From: Anolis carolinensis
Taxonomy: Eukaryota
NCBI RefSeq assembly: GCF_035594765.1
Contig: NC_085845.1
Coordinates: forward strand, 127,798,897 to 127,862,896
Reading direction: 5' to 3'
DNA: 64,000 nt
The notes under the pieces are model-generated. The model was given only the letters and a program-made list of their open reading frames with translations, made no database searches and was not told the origin of the DNA. Every line of letters starts with the position of its first letter. Within the stretch, counting starts at the first letter, position 1. The translations under genes were made by a program, and so were the position numbers. This document shows, in pieces, positions 11,820 to 24,723 of the stretch.

Positions 11820-13729
11820 TAAAAAAAGGCTCATGTGAGGCTCTCCATATGAACAAGAGCCACATGAAATCAGAATTCTTGCTCATGTGGAGTTTCTTCA
11901 TGTGATCAAGAAGTTCTGCTCTCCAAACTTGTTGCTTTCTCCATGTGGAACACAATAATGCAGCAGGGGAAACCTAGGCATTGCCTAGGGACCATATAAA
12001 TAACTATCAACGGCAGACCTTGGCTATCTCTAAAATAAGTCCAACCTGAAGATAGAAGAGCTTTATTGGAAAAATACAGTACATGTTACTACAAACTATT
12101 GTTGTCAGAACTATGGGTTGTCCCAAGAATACACAATTTATAGGCCAGACATTCAATCATTTGGTCTATATATATATATATATATCTAATTGTTTTAGGG
12201 ACACCTTCCTTTTCATAGCTTATCCTTTATTGGTCAGTCAGTCTAAGCATTGCATCACCCCTCTATGTTCTTGGTTCATATGGAAACAGCCTTGGATCTC
12301 TCCAGCTAAAATTTAACTCCCTTCTCCTCCAGGTTTCTTTCATTGAAATATCCTGTACTGGTCTCTGGTTGTTAATTTCAGCTGGTTATTATCTAACTCT
12401 AATTCCTATTACTCGAGGGTTTTGAGTGCATATTACTTACAATGAATAGTATCAATATGGTATCACAGTGTGGATATAACAGTAAAGGATTATAGCATGA
12501 ATACATCATAATCCCAAACATGACAGGTCCTAAACATAGGATAATAATAATCCTTAAATAAGGTTACAGAAAAGATTTGATATAGACTATGTGACTTCCC
12601 ATAGAAATCATGGTAAGTAAATTATGGCTTGGTTAAATATAAGTTTCTTGCCAAAAGCAAATAATGTATTACACAAAACATACATATACTGCCCAGTCTT
12701 TGAAAGCATCTGAATGAATATGAGGACACAAAACAGGGCAAATGCAGTTGGTCAGGAGATGGCAGTTTTAGGTAAGTTGGCTCTCCAGAAATAGTTCAAA
12801 CCCCCTAAAAAAATAGAAAAGTCAGAATAAAACTGGTAGTGTCTAAAAAATTATTTATATAATTTCTTTCACACCTTTTTTCCTAACACAGGATCCAAGC
12901 CGATTTACAAATAATTCTCACAAAATGCAACTAAAATCTTTTTATACAAAAGTTGAAAAGGAAGTAACATTATTAAAAACTATATAAAACAATGTAAAAC
13001 ACATTTACAGCATAGTAACAACAAGCTGAGAGATAAATATTTGAAGGAAGGAACTTCTTCTGTCTTATTTCCCTCTAAATTCCAATTAAAATTGCGAGGT
13101 TATTTATTTAAAGCCACCACCTATGTTTTAGCATACTTAATTACAAGCTGTTCCATTTGACAAAAATCATCAAGATTATTCAGACTTCTCTTCAGCCCAG
13201 TTTTATTCATAGAGAACAATACCATGTCATTAACATAAATATCTTACAGTTACCTGTTCTTGGAAGAGAAGTGGTCTGAACAGTTGATGCCTGTCACTTT
13301 CACCAAAAGTTAATTCGTTCTGAGGTGTGGGTTTTGGGCTAAGATTGGCACTCTCCATTGTTTGCTTGCATAAAAAAACACAAGTAGAAACTTCATTTTT
13401 AAAACTTGGATGGTTTGAGTAGTTAGAATTGCAGCACCAATGAATAATAATCATAATTAGTTACCCAGGAGGGCGGGGGTATATGATGTACCATTCTTTT
13501 CTGTGAAAATGATAATGGGAAAACATATGATCAGGCATTACTGTATGATGACTAGCACCTGTGTATCATCAGCTAAAAGACTTGGAGTTGAACATATTTT
13601 CAACACCTTGGATAGCTCTTTTAAAGTCTATAATAAAAGTCTTCTGATGTACTTGTAAATGTCTTCAAGTTGCATGTCAATTTATGGAGATGCTATTAGG
13701 GTTTTTAAATGCAAGGTATACACTGAGTT

Positions 13730-14057
13730 GGAGACCCTGGTGGCACAGCAGATAAAGCGCTGAGCTGCTGAACTTGCTGACTGAAAGGTCAGCAGTTTGA
13801 ATCCAGGGAGTTGAGTGAGCTCTCACTATTAGCCTCAGGTTCTGCCAACCTAGCAGTTTGAAAACATGCAAATGTGAGTAGATCAAAAGGTACCACTCTG
13901 GCGGGAAGTTAATGGTGCTCCATGCAGTCATGCCAGCCACATGTCCTTGGAGGTGTCTACGGGCAATGCCAGCTCTTCGACTTAGAAATGGAGATGAGCA
14001 CCAACCCCCAGAGTCAGACATGACTAGACTTAATGTCAGGGGAAAACCTTTACCTTT
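13730..14057 (+). mobile_element. Sauria SINE
   Basis: Same consensus; degenerate ~15-bp TSD TATAC..TGA.TTGG. Confidence 0.95.
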
Positions 14058-14325
14058 ATACTTTGATTTGGTAGTTATAATAAAAGACTGCCAAAAAAGG
14101 GTGAGGGGAGAGTTGATCATTCAAGTATACTATCCAAACTTTGACCAAATACATAGAAATTAAAACAAATCCTAAAGTTCCCTGTCCTTCACAATGGCAG
14201 CAAATCAATCAGTAGTTGATGGGGCATGATGGATTCAGGGTATGATCTAGCTGCAGTTTTTATCAAGGACAATAAGCATTACCCCCTGACACCCTATATG
14301 AGTTTTCTTTATTCTCATCTGCGAG

Positions 14326-14435
14326 ACTTTAACCAGGTTTGCCAAGAACCTTCTCTATCCACACCACACACATATTGGCGTATGTGGTCTGGAACCATCA
14401 ACTGGGGACAGAGTCACTGTTGCACCAAGTCATAT
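14326..14435 (+). pseudogene. Beta-defensin-like mature-exon relic
   Basis: Phase-1 frame DFNQVC...QSHCCTK; shifted frame Y(TAT)PHHTHIGVC resembles the defensin CP..T.IG.C motif. Confidence 0.45.
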
Positions 14436-14475
14436 TGGATATTTCCTTCCAAAGTGACCTTAAAAAAGCTTGGTT

Positions 14476-14780
14476 GGTAGGTTTTCCCTGACATTGTCCA
14501 GTCGTGTCCAACTCTGGGGGTTGGTGCTCATCTCCATTTCTAAGCCGAAGAGCCGGCGTTGTCCATAAATACCTCCAAGGTCATATGGCCAACATGACTG
14601 CATAGAGCACCGTTACCTTCCTGCCGGAGTGGTACCTATTGATCTACTCACATTTGCATGTTTTCGAACTGCTAGGTTGGCAGAAGCTGAGGCTAACAGT
14701 GGGTGCTCACTCCGCTCCCTGGATTCAAACCTGTCACCTTTTGGTCCGCAAGTTCAGCAGCTCAACGCTTTAACATGCTG
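14476..14780 (-). mobile_element. Sauria SINE
   Basis: Reverse-complement consensus; flanked by a 30-bp direct repeat. Confidence 0.95.
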
Positions 14781-16451
14781 TGGATATTTCCTTCCACAGT
14801 GGCCTTAAAAGGACCTACATCACAATGACTGTATGCTAAAGACAGAACTGCTACCACAAAGAACAGCCTTAATTTCCCCTACAGCCATGCTGATGTTGTT
14901 ATTTTAAATATCACATGCTTTCCATCATATTCATGAAGAAATTTATAAACATATAAAAAAGTCTTATCAAACAGTGAAATACTGTTCCTGAAAATTCTGC
15001 GCTAATGTCTGGGGGCCAAGAGATGCAAAGGTTTCTACATAGGCTAGAAAGAAAGATTTGGGGGTGGATTTTCCCCTTCAAGATGTATCTCTCTTCCTTT
15101 AGAGAAAGACTGAACAATCGCATGCACCACGGGATGATAAGATTTTAGCTTTAAACACATATCAAGAAGAAACAAATAAAAAGGCATTTTTAAATAAATG
15201 ACAACAGTGTCTAGATTAGAACAAAGTAAGCAAAACATGGTTTCCAGTAGCAATGGCATGTGAGAGAATTTTTGCTGAGAAAGAAATGAGAGCAGTCTGT
15301 CTTATGACGAAAGGTGATACACATTTGAACATGAATTTTTCTCCCTTTATATACACACACTCATCTTCCCAAACACTATTCTGTATGCAAATGGGAAACA
15401 TCTACTGGAAATCTCAGGACATTTGGAATACTTAAATGAATGGTGAAATCAATAATGTATGCATCATTTTATTAACATGATTTTTTTTTTACTCTCTGTA
15501 GCTCCCAAAATCAATGGAAATAAAGATAAATAGCAGTTTTGAAAGCATATACATTCAAGCATGGTTTAATGACAGAGAGTGTGTTTGTCACCCGGGGATG
15601 GGGGATGAATGCTTCTCCAGGAAACATTAAAATTTATCTTGACTGTGTAACTCTCATGCAGAAAGCTCTGTAATATATTGGGGATCCTGCACTTGAATTC
15701 ATTTCCCACTGGCAATTTGTGCTCTGTTATATTAACGAAGCATTCAAAATACCAAACCTCTGGGGCTTTAAAAGCCCTGGGCAGTTCCCAACAGGCACAG
15801 AAGACAAAGCTAGGGGAAAACTGCTCAAGTAGCAAATGTCTGCATACTAAGCATACACACTGGTCAGCCGCGGGGTGAGGAAGTCTTTTGTTTCCAAAAC
15901 ACAATTTTAACATGGCACACCTTTTTTTTTAAAAGGTGTGCCTTAGTTGCCAGCATATGCTAAAAATACTTCTACATAGTTCCCATCTGTTCTGCTGGAT
16001 TTACCTATAACAGAAATAAAACATTAAAGAAATCTGCAACTTGCTGTTGAAATAGTACACTCAAGAATAAGACAAGTCCTGCCTGAGGCAGAGTAGAATT
16101 TGGAGCTCATGCCATGGAAGCAGCTAAGACCACCCATCCAAAGCTAGTCACGTTATTTTGTCACCTGGCAGAAAATCCATCATGCACCTTTCCCCCATCC
16201 TTTTTCTCCTCATTGTAAAATAAATCAATTGACTAATTATTCTACATTGGTAAATACCTCTGACTGCATAGATCCATGTCTCCCCACCACTCATCAGCTA
16301 TCAATCTATGGGATAGGGTTCCTCATTTCATTGTTTACAATGGGGGACAGAGGGACAGGGAGGTGATCACACCATGGAAAAGTAGCTCTTTCCTGATCAA
16401 AAACAGGAGTGAGCTCTCAAATATAATATACTGTATATACTTGAGTATAAG

Positions 16452-16507
<56 letters not shown>

Positions 16508-17087
16508 TTTATTTTTATATCCTGCTCCCATCTCCCCAGAGGGGACTCAGGGTGGCTCACATGGGGACACGCCCTGTTTCAACATACAATAAAATACAGC
16601 ATAATTAAACCAAGGAAAAACAAGTAAAATAGTATAAACATACAAACCAGCATAAAACATCAACATCAAAACATTAGAACATTAGAGTCTGAACATAATA
16701 TACAAACTGTAAGGTAAAATTCAGCAGACTCTACAAGAGGGAATTAAGGATCTCATTACAGAGTTCAATCAATAAGAGTGGAGTGTGATAAGGTGCAGTA
16801 GTTGTGGCAACTAATAACTAAACGGAACTATTTATTTGAATGCACATCGAAATAACTATGTTTTAGGGTCCTTTCGAAAGATGGATAGTGAGGGTGGCAA
16901 TCTCATCTCCCTGGGAGGGAATTCCAGAGCTGAGGGGCCACCACCGAGAAGGCCCTCTCTCTCTCGTCCCCACAACCGCGCCAGAGATGGGGGTGGGAGC
17001 GAGAGGAGGGCCTCCCCAGAAGATCTCAAGGCCCGTGTGGGTTCATAGGGGAGGAGGCAGTCACGGGGACAAGCAGGCCCTGAACCC
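16452..17087 (-). mobile_element. L2 LINE 3' fragment with (TTA)n tail
   Basis: Minus frame GSGPACPRDCLLPYEPTRALRSSGEALLSLP matches the C-terminus of the L2 at 62545-63081. Confidence 0.9.
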
Positions 17088-17143
17088 AAATATAAGCCGG
17101 CCAGGACCCTCACTCGAGTATAAGCCAATGGGGGCTTTTTCAG

Positions 17144-17404
17144 GGAGCCCCCAGATGGCGTAGTGGACTAAGTGACTTGAAGGTTGGGTTGCTGACCTGA
17201 AAGCTGCCAGGTTCGAATCCCACCTGGGGAGAGTGTGGATGAGCTCCCTCTATCAGCTCCAGCTCCATGTGGGGACATGAGAGAAGCTTCCCACAAGGAT
17301 GGTAAAAACATCAAAACATCCGGGCATCCCCTGGGCAATGTCCTTGCAGACGGCCAATTCTCTCACTCCAGAAGCAACTCCGGTTGCTCCTGACACGAAA
17401 AAAA
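17144..17404 (+). mobile_element. tRNA-derived SINE (Anolis SINE2-like)
   Basis: A box TGGCGTAGTGG, B box GTTCGAATCC, 3' end TTGCTCCTGACACG plus oligo-A. Confidence 0.85.
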
Positions 17405-17476
17405 GCCCTAAAAAGAGCTGAAAAACTTGGCTTATACTTGAGTATATATGGTATGCACTTTTTCCTTCCTTCTCAG

Positions 17477-17575
17477 GAGCTATGGGGATTCAGATCTTTA
17501 TGGTCAAATTGCCTTCCCTCTCCTTCTCTTCTGGAACTGACAGCAGCTGGCCCTTCACAGCTACTAGGAATTTGA
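17477..17575 (+). pseudogene. Beta-defensin-like mature-exon relic
   Basis: Strong acceptor TTTTCCTTCCTTCTCAG; frame [F]-RSLWSN-C-LPSP-[S]-LLELTAAGP-[S]-QLLGI-[TGA], spacing x6-x4-x9-x5. Confidence 0.45.
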
Positions 17576-17974
17576 AGGTTTTTGATCAAAGTGCAAGGGC
17601 AAGTGGAATATTCACACATTGTAATATGCACTTGTATATGTACAAGTCACTAACAGGAAGCCAGCCAATACATTCCATTTTATTATAGTCTAAATCTGTG
17701 CCTGAAACAGTTACCACTCTCCACCTTAAAACAGGATTGGAAGCTCTGATCAGGAAATGTATCCTATCATATAAGTAACCTTTTATCTTTAAAAATTTAG
17801 GGATAATATCTCATTTCATCCTCATTACATCCTTCTGACAAGCACTGACTTTCCAAATCATCACTTTGGAGATCTGAAACTGAAAATGTTCAGTATACAC
17901 ATGTACGTGTGAGCACACAGACAAACGCACACAAACTTGAAGAGTCAATTTAAAAAGTGAACAAAACAAAGATA

Positions 17975-18530
17975 GGGTTGTTGTATGTCTTTCGGGCTGT
18001 GTGGCCATGTTCCAGAAGTATTCTCTCCTGACGTTTCGCCCACATCTATGGCAGGCATCCTCAGAGGTTGTGAGACATGGAGAAACTAGGCAAGGAAAGT
18101 TAATATATATCTGTGGAGAGTCCAGGGTGTGAGAAGAGTTCTTTGTCAGTTGGAAGTCAGCGTGAATGTTGCAGTTAATCACCTTAATTAGCATTGGAAA
18201 TGTTTGTCTCTTGCCTGGAGGGCATTCTTTGTTCAGAGTCATTAGCTGTCCCTGGAGCTCCTCTGCCCTCAGAGTGTTGCTTCCCATCTACTGTTCTGAT
18301 TTTTGAGTTTTTTTTAATACTGGTAGCCAGATTTTGTTCATTTTCATGGTTTCCTCCTTTCTGTTGAAGTTGTCCACATGCTTGTGGATTTCAATGGCTT
18401 CTCTGTGTAGTCTGACATGATAGTTGTTGGAGTGGTCAAGCATTTCTGTGTTCTCAAATAATATACTGTGTCCAGGTTGGTTCATCAAGTGCTCTGCTAT
18501 GGCTGATTTCTCTGGCTGAGTTAGTCTGCA
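17975..18530 (-). mobile_element. Penelope-like element 3' fragment (GIY-YIG C-terminus plus pLTR)
   Basis: Minus ORF EKSAIAEHLMNQPGHSILFENTEMLD...REAIEIHKH; 15-bp direct repeat AACAAAACAAAGATA at 17960 and 18542. Confidence 0.92.
18027..18067 (-). ncRNA. Minimal type I hammerhead ribozyme (PLE-associated)
   Basis: Minus strand CCU-CUGAGGA-UGCCUGC/CAUAGAU/GUGGGC-GAAAC-GUC-AGG: CUGAnGA and GAAA cores, stem II, palindromic ACGU stem III, GUC cleavage triplet. Confidence 0.8.
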
Positions 18531-20011
18531 AAGATATATTAAACAAAACAAAGATATATTACTGTAATTCTATTTGACCTTTCCACCAGGGCAATGAACA
18601 TCATTAATAATAAAACATTAAAATGATCACCACAAAAACAAGTTAATAATAAGGCCCAGAGCTGATGACTAATAAAGAGCATCTTAAAATGGTTTCCAGG
18701 TTCATTAATATTGGGTAAAGCTAGATGACTAGATGATAGCCCAGGACACCCCCCCTTCACAGGAGGCAGACTTATTTAAGGTTGTTTCCAATGCAGCACC
18801 CTTTTTGGGAGATTTCCAGGCTACCGAGAGATCTCAGATATTTTGCAAAGAAACAAGGGAAGTATTTTGCTTTGTTGATCCTACTAACCAGCCCGAGATG
18901 TGAAGAGGATCATGACATCAAACTATCCATCCTCTCAGAATAGACAGAATCCAAACAATTGCTATGTAAGAAGCCGATTTACTGCATACCATATGGTTGA
19001 AGGACAGTTTCACAGAAGTGTGGGTGATGCATGGTGTCAAAAAACATACAGGGAAAGGCTATTATCTAATTACCTTTTTGCCTCTCAGTCTGCTATTGAG
19101 ATGTTGAGGTTAGTTATTCAGGTTTCTTGAATAACTATCTTTATTTTTAAACCAGAATCAAACAAGATAGTCCTCCAAATCAAGAGCATCTTCATATAGA
19201 CTGGGCTACTCCTGTTATTAACCAAATTGAGGAAGGTGGTTCAGACAACAGACTGCCCGGAGTGGTGACTTCCCTTTCATCCACTATCCTGAGAGGGACT
19301 TCTGACTTAATATAGTACAGGCACTTTCCAAACAATAGCCCAACAATAGAATTGTTTCTGAAGGATCTTCAGAGAATGGGATCTGGAAAATACTTAGCTC
19401 TGTGTTTCACTCTTAGGCTTTGAAGTGAGACAGGCCAGCAACATGGCATTAGGTACAGTTGGCAGGCAGAAGCAGGAGTCCTCGGAAAGGTCTTCCCAGC
19501 TTAACTGATGTATCCACAGAGCAATATATGGTTGACAATGTTTCACTAACATATTGGGGTTTTAAGAGGCCCACATGAGTTGTAGTTCCTCACACTCCCA
19601 GTCACCACTGTCACCATATTTGGTATTACACCAAGGGTTGCTATGGAAGAAAATACAATTGTGTCTTGTGTTTTTGCACAAAAAAAACATAGCTGCCTAG
19701 AGAGGGAAGTCTGAGTCTTTTATAAGAGAATCCCAGATTTTTGTCATGGAGGATGGAATAATAGATGGCACCCCTCCCACATGTAAATGAAAGTGTAAAC
19801 GTAATTATTTTGGTTCCTGAGTTTTAAAAATATCCCTGAAGTATCTTTTCCTTTCATGTCAGCAAAAATATATTATTTATAAATTTAAAAAATCAGTGAT
19901 TGGCTGCCCTTTCATGATATCCCATATCCTCTCCCTGGGGAGAGTACTTCCTTTGACTAATTGGAGAGCTAGTGCTATCTGGAACCCTCTCAACAAAACA
20001 TGACAGAGAAA

Positions 20012-20042
<31 letters not shown>

Positions 20043-20808
20043 GGAGCCAAAGCAGTTTGAGCAAGGAAAGATGAAACCAGAATAGAACAAGGGCCAATGA
20101 AATTGTTGTCAAAGGAAGCCTGACTATTGTTTTCCCAAGTGTCTTATCATTCCTGAGCAAGATAGCCACTCAGGGACTGAGATGTGACAGTGGCCTTGGC
20201 AATGACCATAGCGTCTTATTATGTCAACTTCTGGCAAGTGTCTGATTAACTCAAAACAGGTAAGATAAAGACACTTCACCAGAACATAAAATGTTCAGGC
20301 CAAGGCTTGGAGCCTCTTCATTCTTCAGAGAGATTTAGGTAATAGGATAATGTATGCTAGAATGCTGTTAAAGTTTTATATATATGTTCACAGTATTAAA
20401 GAAAAATAAAAAAACACTCAGAATTGAGCTTCTTTTCAAGTTGACTGTTGGATTCTTTTGCAATATTCATGTGTTTAAATTGAATATTACATTTTCTTCA
20501 TCCCGGATTTTATACTGAGCCATAACAAGTATAATAACCTTAGATAATGTCCTTAATTTAGCCAAGAATGGAATGACCTCACCTGGGTAAATGTTAAACA
20601 TAAAATGTTTTGTAGTACAGAACAATGTATACCATTTACTAATATTTTCTCTCCAAACTGAAATATCTGAACTTGCTACACTAGCCTCACTTTCTTTAGG
20701 GGAAAACTAAGCAAAATTATCAATTTCAATATGGATTTGGAAACATTGCTAGTGGGGGAAGGGAAATGAAAATATAGAGTGGCATATGAAAGAATTGACT
20801 TACAGCTT

Positions 20809-20954
20809 TCAAATGATAAGAAACAGAGGTTTTCTGTGAACAGTAGTTAGCATGCCACATTTTGATGCTGATATGTTGGGGAAGGCTGGGCATTTTGACA
20901 TTGGCAGGAATAGACAGTGGAACCAAAAAAAGAAATAGTCCTCATAACTGGCAG
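20809..20954 (-). pseudogene. Beta-defensin-like mature-exon relic (open frame, 3 Cys)
   Basis: Acceptor CTCTTCTCTCTTCAG; phase 1 AASYED-[Y]-FFFWFH-C-LFLPMSK-C-PAFPNISASK-C-GML. Confidence 0.55.
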
Positions 20955-22152
20955 CTGAAGAGAGAAGAGCATAGGTTTTCCTCATCACATATGTATCATT
21001 TTGTCTGAGACTTAAGCTCATTCTTCATTTTATAGCCCAATGGTAGTCTAATAATATAGAAAAGTGACAGTGTGGCCAGATGCTAGTTGAATTCCCATGA
21101 AAGAGAAACCAGGATTTGGGGCAAGCAATATGTTGACATTCACACTCCTTTTACTCTTGACCGGCTCATCCTACTAATACAAACAAGGTCACAAACCAGA
21201 ACTGGTTTTCTTAACATGCCATCTAAACCCAAGATTCGACGTATTGCTCAATTTACAAACCAACATTATCAAGCAAGGCTAAATTTTGGTTATAAATTCC
21301 AGAGCTCAGATGTGTAACATGGTAAGTGAGATATTTCTGGCTTGCACACTTGCTCCTCATATTTGTAGGAGAAGCCAGAGTGATTGGTCTACAGCTTGCT
21401 GTTCATTCACAATTTACACAGATTGTTCTGTTGAATCCTGTTGAAACTGGACTGAGTAAATATATGTGATTTCAAAGTTGTGTAAGACCATCTGCACTCC
21501 TAGTTAATCATACTACATGCCACATTTGGTGTGTAAAATCTAAGCTTTTTTCCATCATGCAGACAGATTCTTCTTTAATATTTTAGTTAATTTAATGCCA
21601 TGTGGTAGAGTGCCTCAAGGCAATGAATAGAGTTCTCTTTTCCCTTTGATTTAACTTACTTGCACAGTTTGCTTAAAGCCTGTGTGATCACAGGACACTT
21701 GTAGCCTCTGAGCATAAGGCCATTGGGGTGGTCTCATCAACATATTGGTTCACGTTCAACTTTATAGAAGTTATGTAAGAAAAAAGAATCATGGAACATC
21801 AGAAAAATTTTGTACCTGAAATTTTGCAGACTACAAAGTTCATGCTGATCTTTTCATTGCCTTCATCTCACAACTAGAGAAGCAAAAGGATGGCCTGGAA
21901 AACTTGGTGTAGATCTCTTGTTCTATGATGTCAGATTGACACAAGTACATCCTCTGAGCTTTAGTGTGTCTCCAGAAAGGTCCAAAATATGGATACATAG
22001 TGCACAGCACACATGCTCAAAGAACAGGTAACTTCCCAACTTGTACAGACATAACAATTGGACTTTCATATAGCCCTTTCTCCACGTGTTCAAATAATAT
22101 TTGAGGGGGAAGCAAAGCCATGTGTGATCATTCTGGTATCAACATTCTCATA

Positions 22153-22331
22153 CACACATGTCAAATGCAAGGTCTAAGGTCCAAATCCACCCTACCACAC
22201 CATTTTTTGTGGCCCACGAGGCTTTCAATGCCAGGGCAACACAGTTATATAGTCTTAAAATTACAAAGAGCCCTTTGAAGGCAACCATAGGGCTGATGTG
22301 ACTCTCGGTGAAAATGAGTTTGACACCTCTG
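22153..22331. mobile_element. Degenerate hAT MITE
   Basis: Right TIR TGAGTTTGACACCTCTG, degenerate left TIR CATGTCAAA. Confidence 0.55.
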
Positions 22332-22546
22332 CTGTAGTAGATGCCCCTTCCTTTGATTTGCCACATCCTGCTGTAAACAGGATTCTTTTCTTGAACTCAT
22401 GGAGGGCATCTATATCATGACTGCTTTAGAAGTCTTGTAAACTAATCATGCTTACAAGATATGGTTAATTTTGCTAGTAATTCAATCCCAATCAAATGGG
22501 ATTGAATATACAGAAAAATGAGAAACAAAACAATTGCCAATCTTAC

Positions 22547-22605
22547 CTTGGGGATAATACCAAAAATGCCTAATTAGATCATGATTATCAATAAAAACCA
22601 GTCAC
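22547..22605 (-). pseudogene. Signal-peptide-like exon relic
   Basis: Minus frame WFLLIIMI*LGIFGIIP followed by donor AG|GTAAGA; 1.6 kb upstream of the 20954 exon on the same strand. Confidence 0.4.
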
Positions 22606-23281
22606 CAAGTTATCCCAAAGGTAATTTAATAAAATGTATTTCTCTGACATCCAACATCTGGTCCCTGGTTGTAACAGTTGCAGATGTCCCAGATGGAATG
22701 ACAGAAACAGAATTCTCACTCCCCTGGGTCTCAAAAGAGGCATCATGTGGGAAAAAGAAAGCAGTAATTCTGTGTAATTTTGGTATTTATTTATTTACAC
22801 TTCAAATACATGAAATCCATTTTCTTTGTTCTAATTTTATGATTAACCAATTCCACAATAATATAATACTTGCTAACAGGTTTTTCAAAAACTGGAAGAA
22901 ATCTAAACCTCAAAAGCTTGTAATTTATTGGTTTTACCTTGGAGATTTTTATTTTCAATTGGTATTACATTTTAGTCCAATGAAGCAGATATCACTGATA
23001 AATTGCATATTTTAGTGGAAATAGCAACAATACATGCTCATACTCCTGGGAAAAAATTCTTTTTGTCCTTCCACTATTCACCCCACCCACCAACATATTA
23101 ATATTGAATTAACAATTATTGCAGTTTGGATAACATAGTCAGTCAAATAAAATTCCAGGGGGGTGTCTTGGAACTAAATCTTCTACACAGGCCCTAAAAT
23201 CCGAGAGAAACTGGGATAAAAGTTGGGGGGTGGCAGCTAAGATGACGCTTGCCAAAAATGCATGCCAAATCATATTATCAG

Positions 23282-23463
23282 CTGAAAAACACAGGATCAA
23301 ATGGAAAAGCTGCATATTCAAATCACTTTATATACCAAGAAAACATGTGACTTCTTTGCTATACACTGGTGTGGATTGCTCCAGAGCATGTCCACATTTT
23401 AAAATCCTGAAAGAGCTAATGAGGGCTGTAAATAGATGGAGCCATAGACACAGAAGTAGCTAA
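23282..23463 (+). pseudogene. Beta-defensin-like exon, open frame with Cys substitutions
   Basis: Phase 1 AEK-[H]-RIKWKS-C-IFKSL-[Y]-IPRKHVTSLL-[Y]-TGVD-C[S]-RACP; no indels needed. Confidence 0.55.
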
Positions 23464-23649
23464 ATAGAAGAAGAAATGGAAAGCAATTTCAATGAAAACT
23501 CTCTGCAACCATTACTTTCTTCACATGTTTATGAAATTAAACAGAGCTTGAATTTATACAGGGGGCACCAGCATAGCAGGTGAGTGACCCCAAAGGGAAG
23601 CAAGGGTTAAGAGTGCAAACATAAAGGCAGCATGGGGGTGAGAAGAGAT

Positions 23650-23799
23650 AATGACAAGAAATCTGCTTGTGTGCACGTTTGTATATCTGCATCAGCACGT
23701 ATGAGGTCCAGTGCACCTTGGAGAATCAATAAAAAAAATTACAAGAAAATTTCCAGAGGATGTCCCATGTCCATTTTGCAAAATCTGATATAACCAAGC
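23650..23799 (-). pseudogene. Beta-defensin-like exon relic
   Basis: Phase-1 frame ...ILWKFS-C-NFFY-[TGA]...QISCH. Confidence 0.35.
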
Positions 23800-24546
23800 C
23801 TTACAGGATGACAGGACTAAGAGTTCAGTGTCTGCACTTTCCTTAAGGTACCACAATTTTTGTCCCACTTCTTTGTCCCGGATTAAGAGGCTGTCTGAAA
23901 GGAACCTCAGAAGATACCAAGGGCTCACTGCAATTGCACTTCATAACCATCTCCCTAAACCTCCATAAGTTAAAATTTCTCAACATGACATGCTCAAATT
24001 CCATTATATACAATGCATAGTAAAATTGTTTGTCTCATATAAAAAGGCAAAATCAGGGCTGCTTTTGGAATTTTTTTTAAAATTATTTTCACTACATCTT
24101 CTTGTAGTGATTATATAATCTAGATTGAAACCCATAATTTGCCTTCATATCATCATTCCATTATTTAATAGTTCAGGTTTAACTATCTGGAAAGATTATA
24201 ATCCAGTTTATCATTATTTCCCTTCTGGAATATAGATTCAATATTTCCTTTTTACTTTTAAAATGAAAGTCTATTATTTCTTTTATTATTAGAAAGACAT
24301 TTGTTATGAGCCCAAATCATACAGAAAACACTAACTTAGAACAGCTTTTCAAAGTGGTGCTCCATGAGCTAATGCCCATTACTTGTGCATGCCTGGCAAG
24401 TTTCCAGAAAAGAAAGAAACAATTATGCATAATGGGCACAAACATGGTGCCAATCATAGTCTGAGAAGTACTGATGTAGGTGAAAGTGAGTGAATCTGGA
24501 TATATAATAATATTCATATATTGCTCCCCCATCATTATGAGACCCA

Positions 24547-24723
24547 TAATGTTGTCAGATTGAAATCTGGAATGTACTTCTGTTCCTTTAATGGTTGTGT
24601 AGAAGAGGGATTTTCAGCAGGTCGCTTTTTGCTATTTAATCAGGTAAGAAGTAACATCTGCTGAAATTCCATCTTCTGCCCAACCATTAGGAGACCGTTC
24701 CAGTTTTGATTCTGGCATACCTA
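24547..24723. repeat. Degenerate palindromic MITE
   Basis: Arms AATGGTTGTGTAGAAGAGGGATTTTCAGCAG / CTGCTGAAATTCCATCTTCTGCCCAACCATT. Confidence 0.6.

Larger units (their letters stand above)
16431..17451. mobile_element. Tc2/pogo-like MITE carrying two nested retroposons
   Basis: TIRs CTGTATATACTTGAGTATAAG / CTTATACTTGAGTATATATGG, TA on both flanks. Confidence 0.85.

Noticed and set aside
12080-12200. Defensin-like relic listed as an individual feature
   Set aside because: Two different frames both fit the motif and the acceptor is weak, which illustrates the over-fitting risk. Kept only as a weak member of the array.
11460-14163. Recurrent ORFs of the ERYLLIYSHLHVFELLGWQ type
   Set aside because: Antisense translations of Sauria SINEs.
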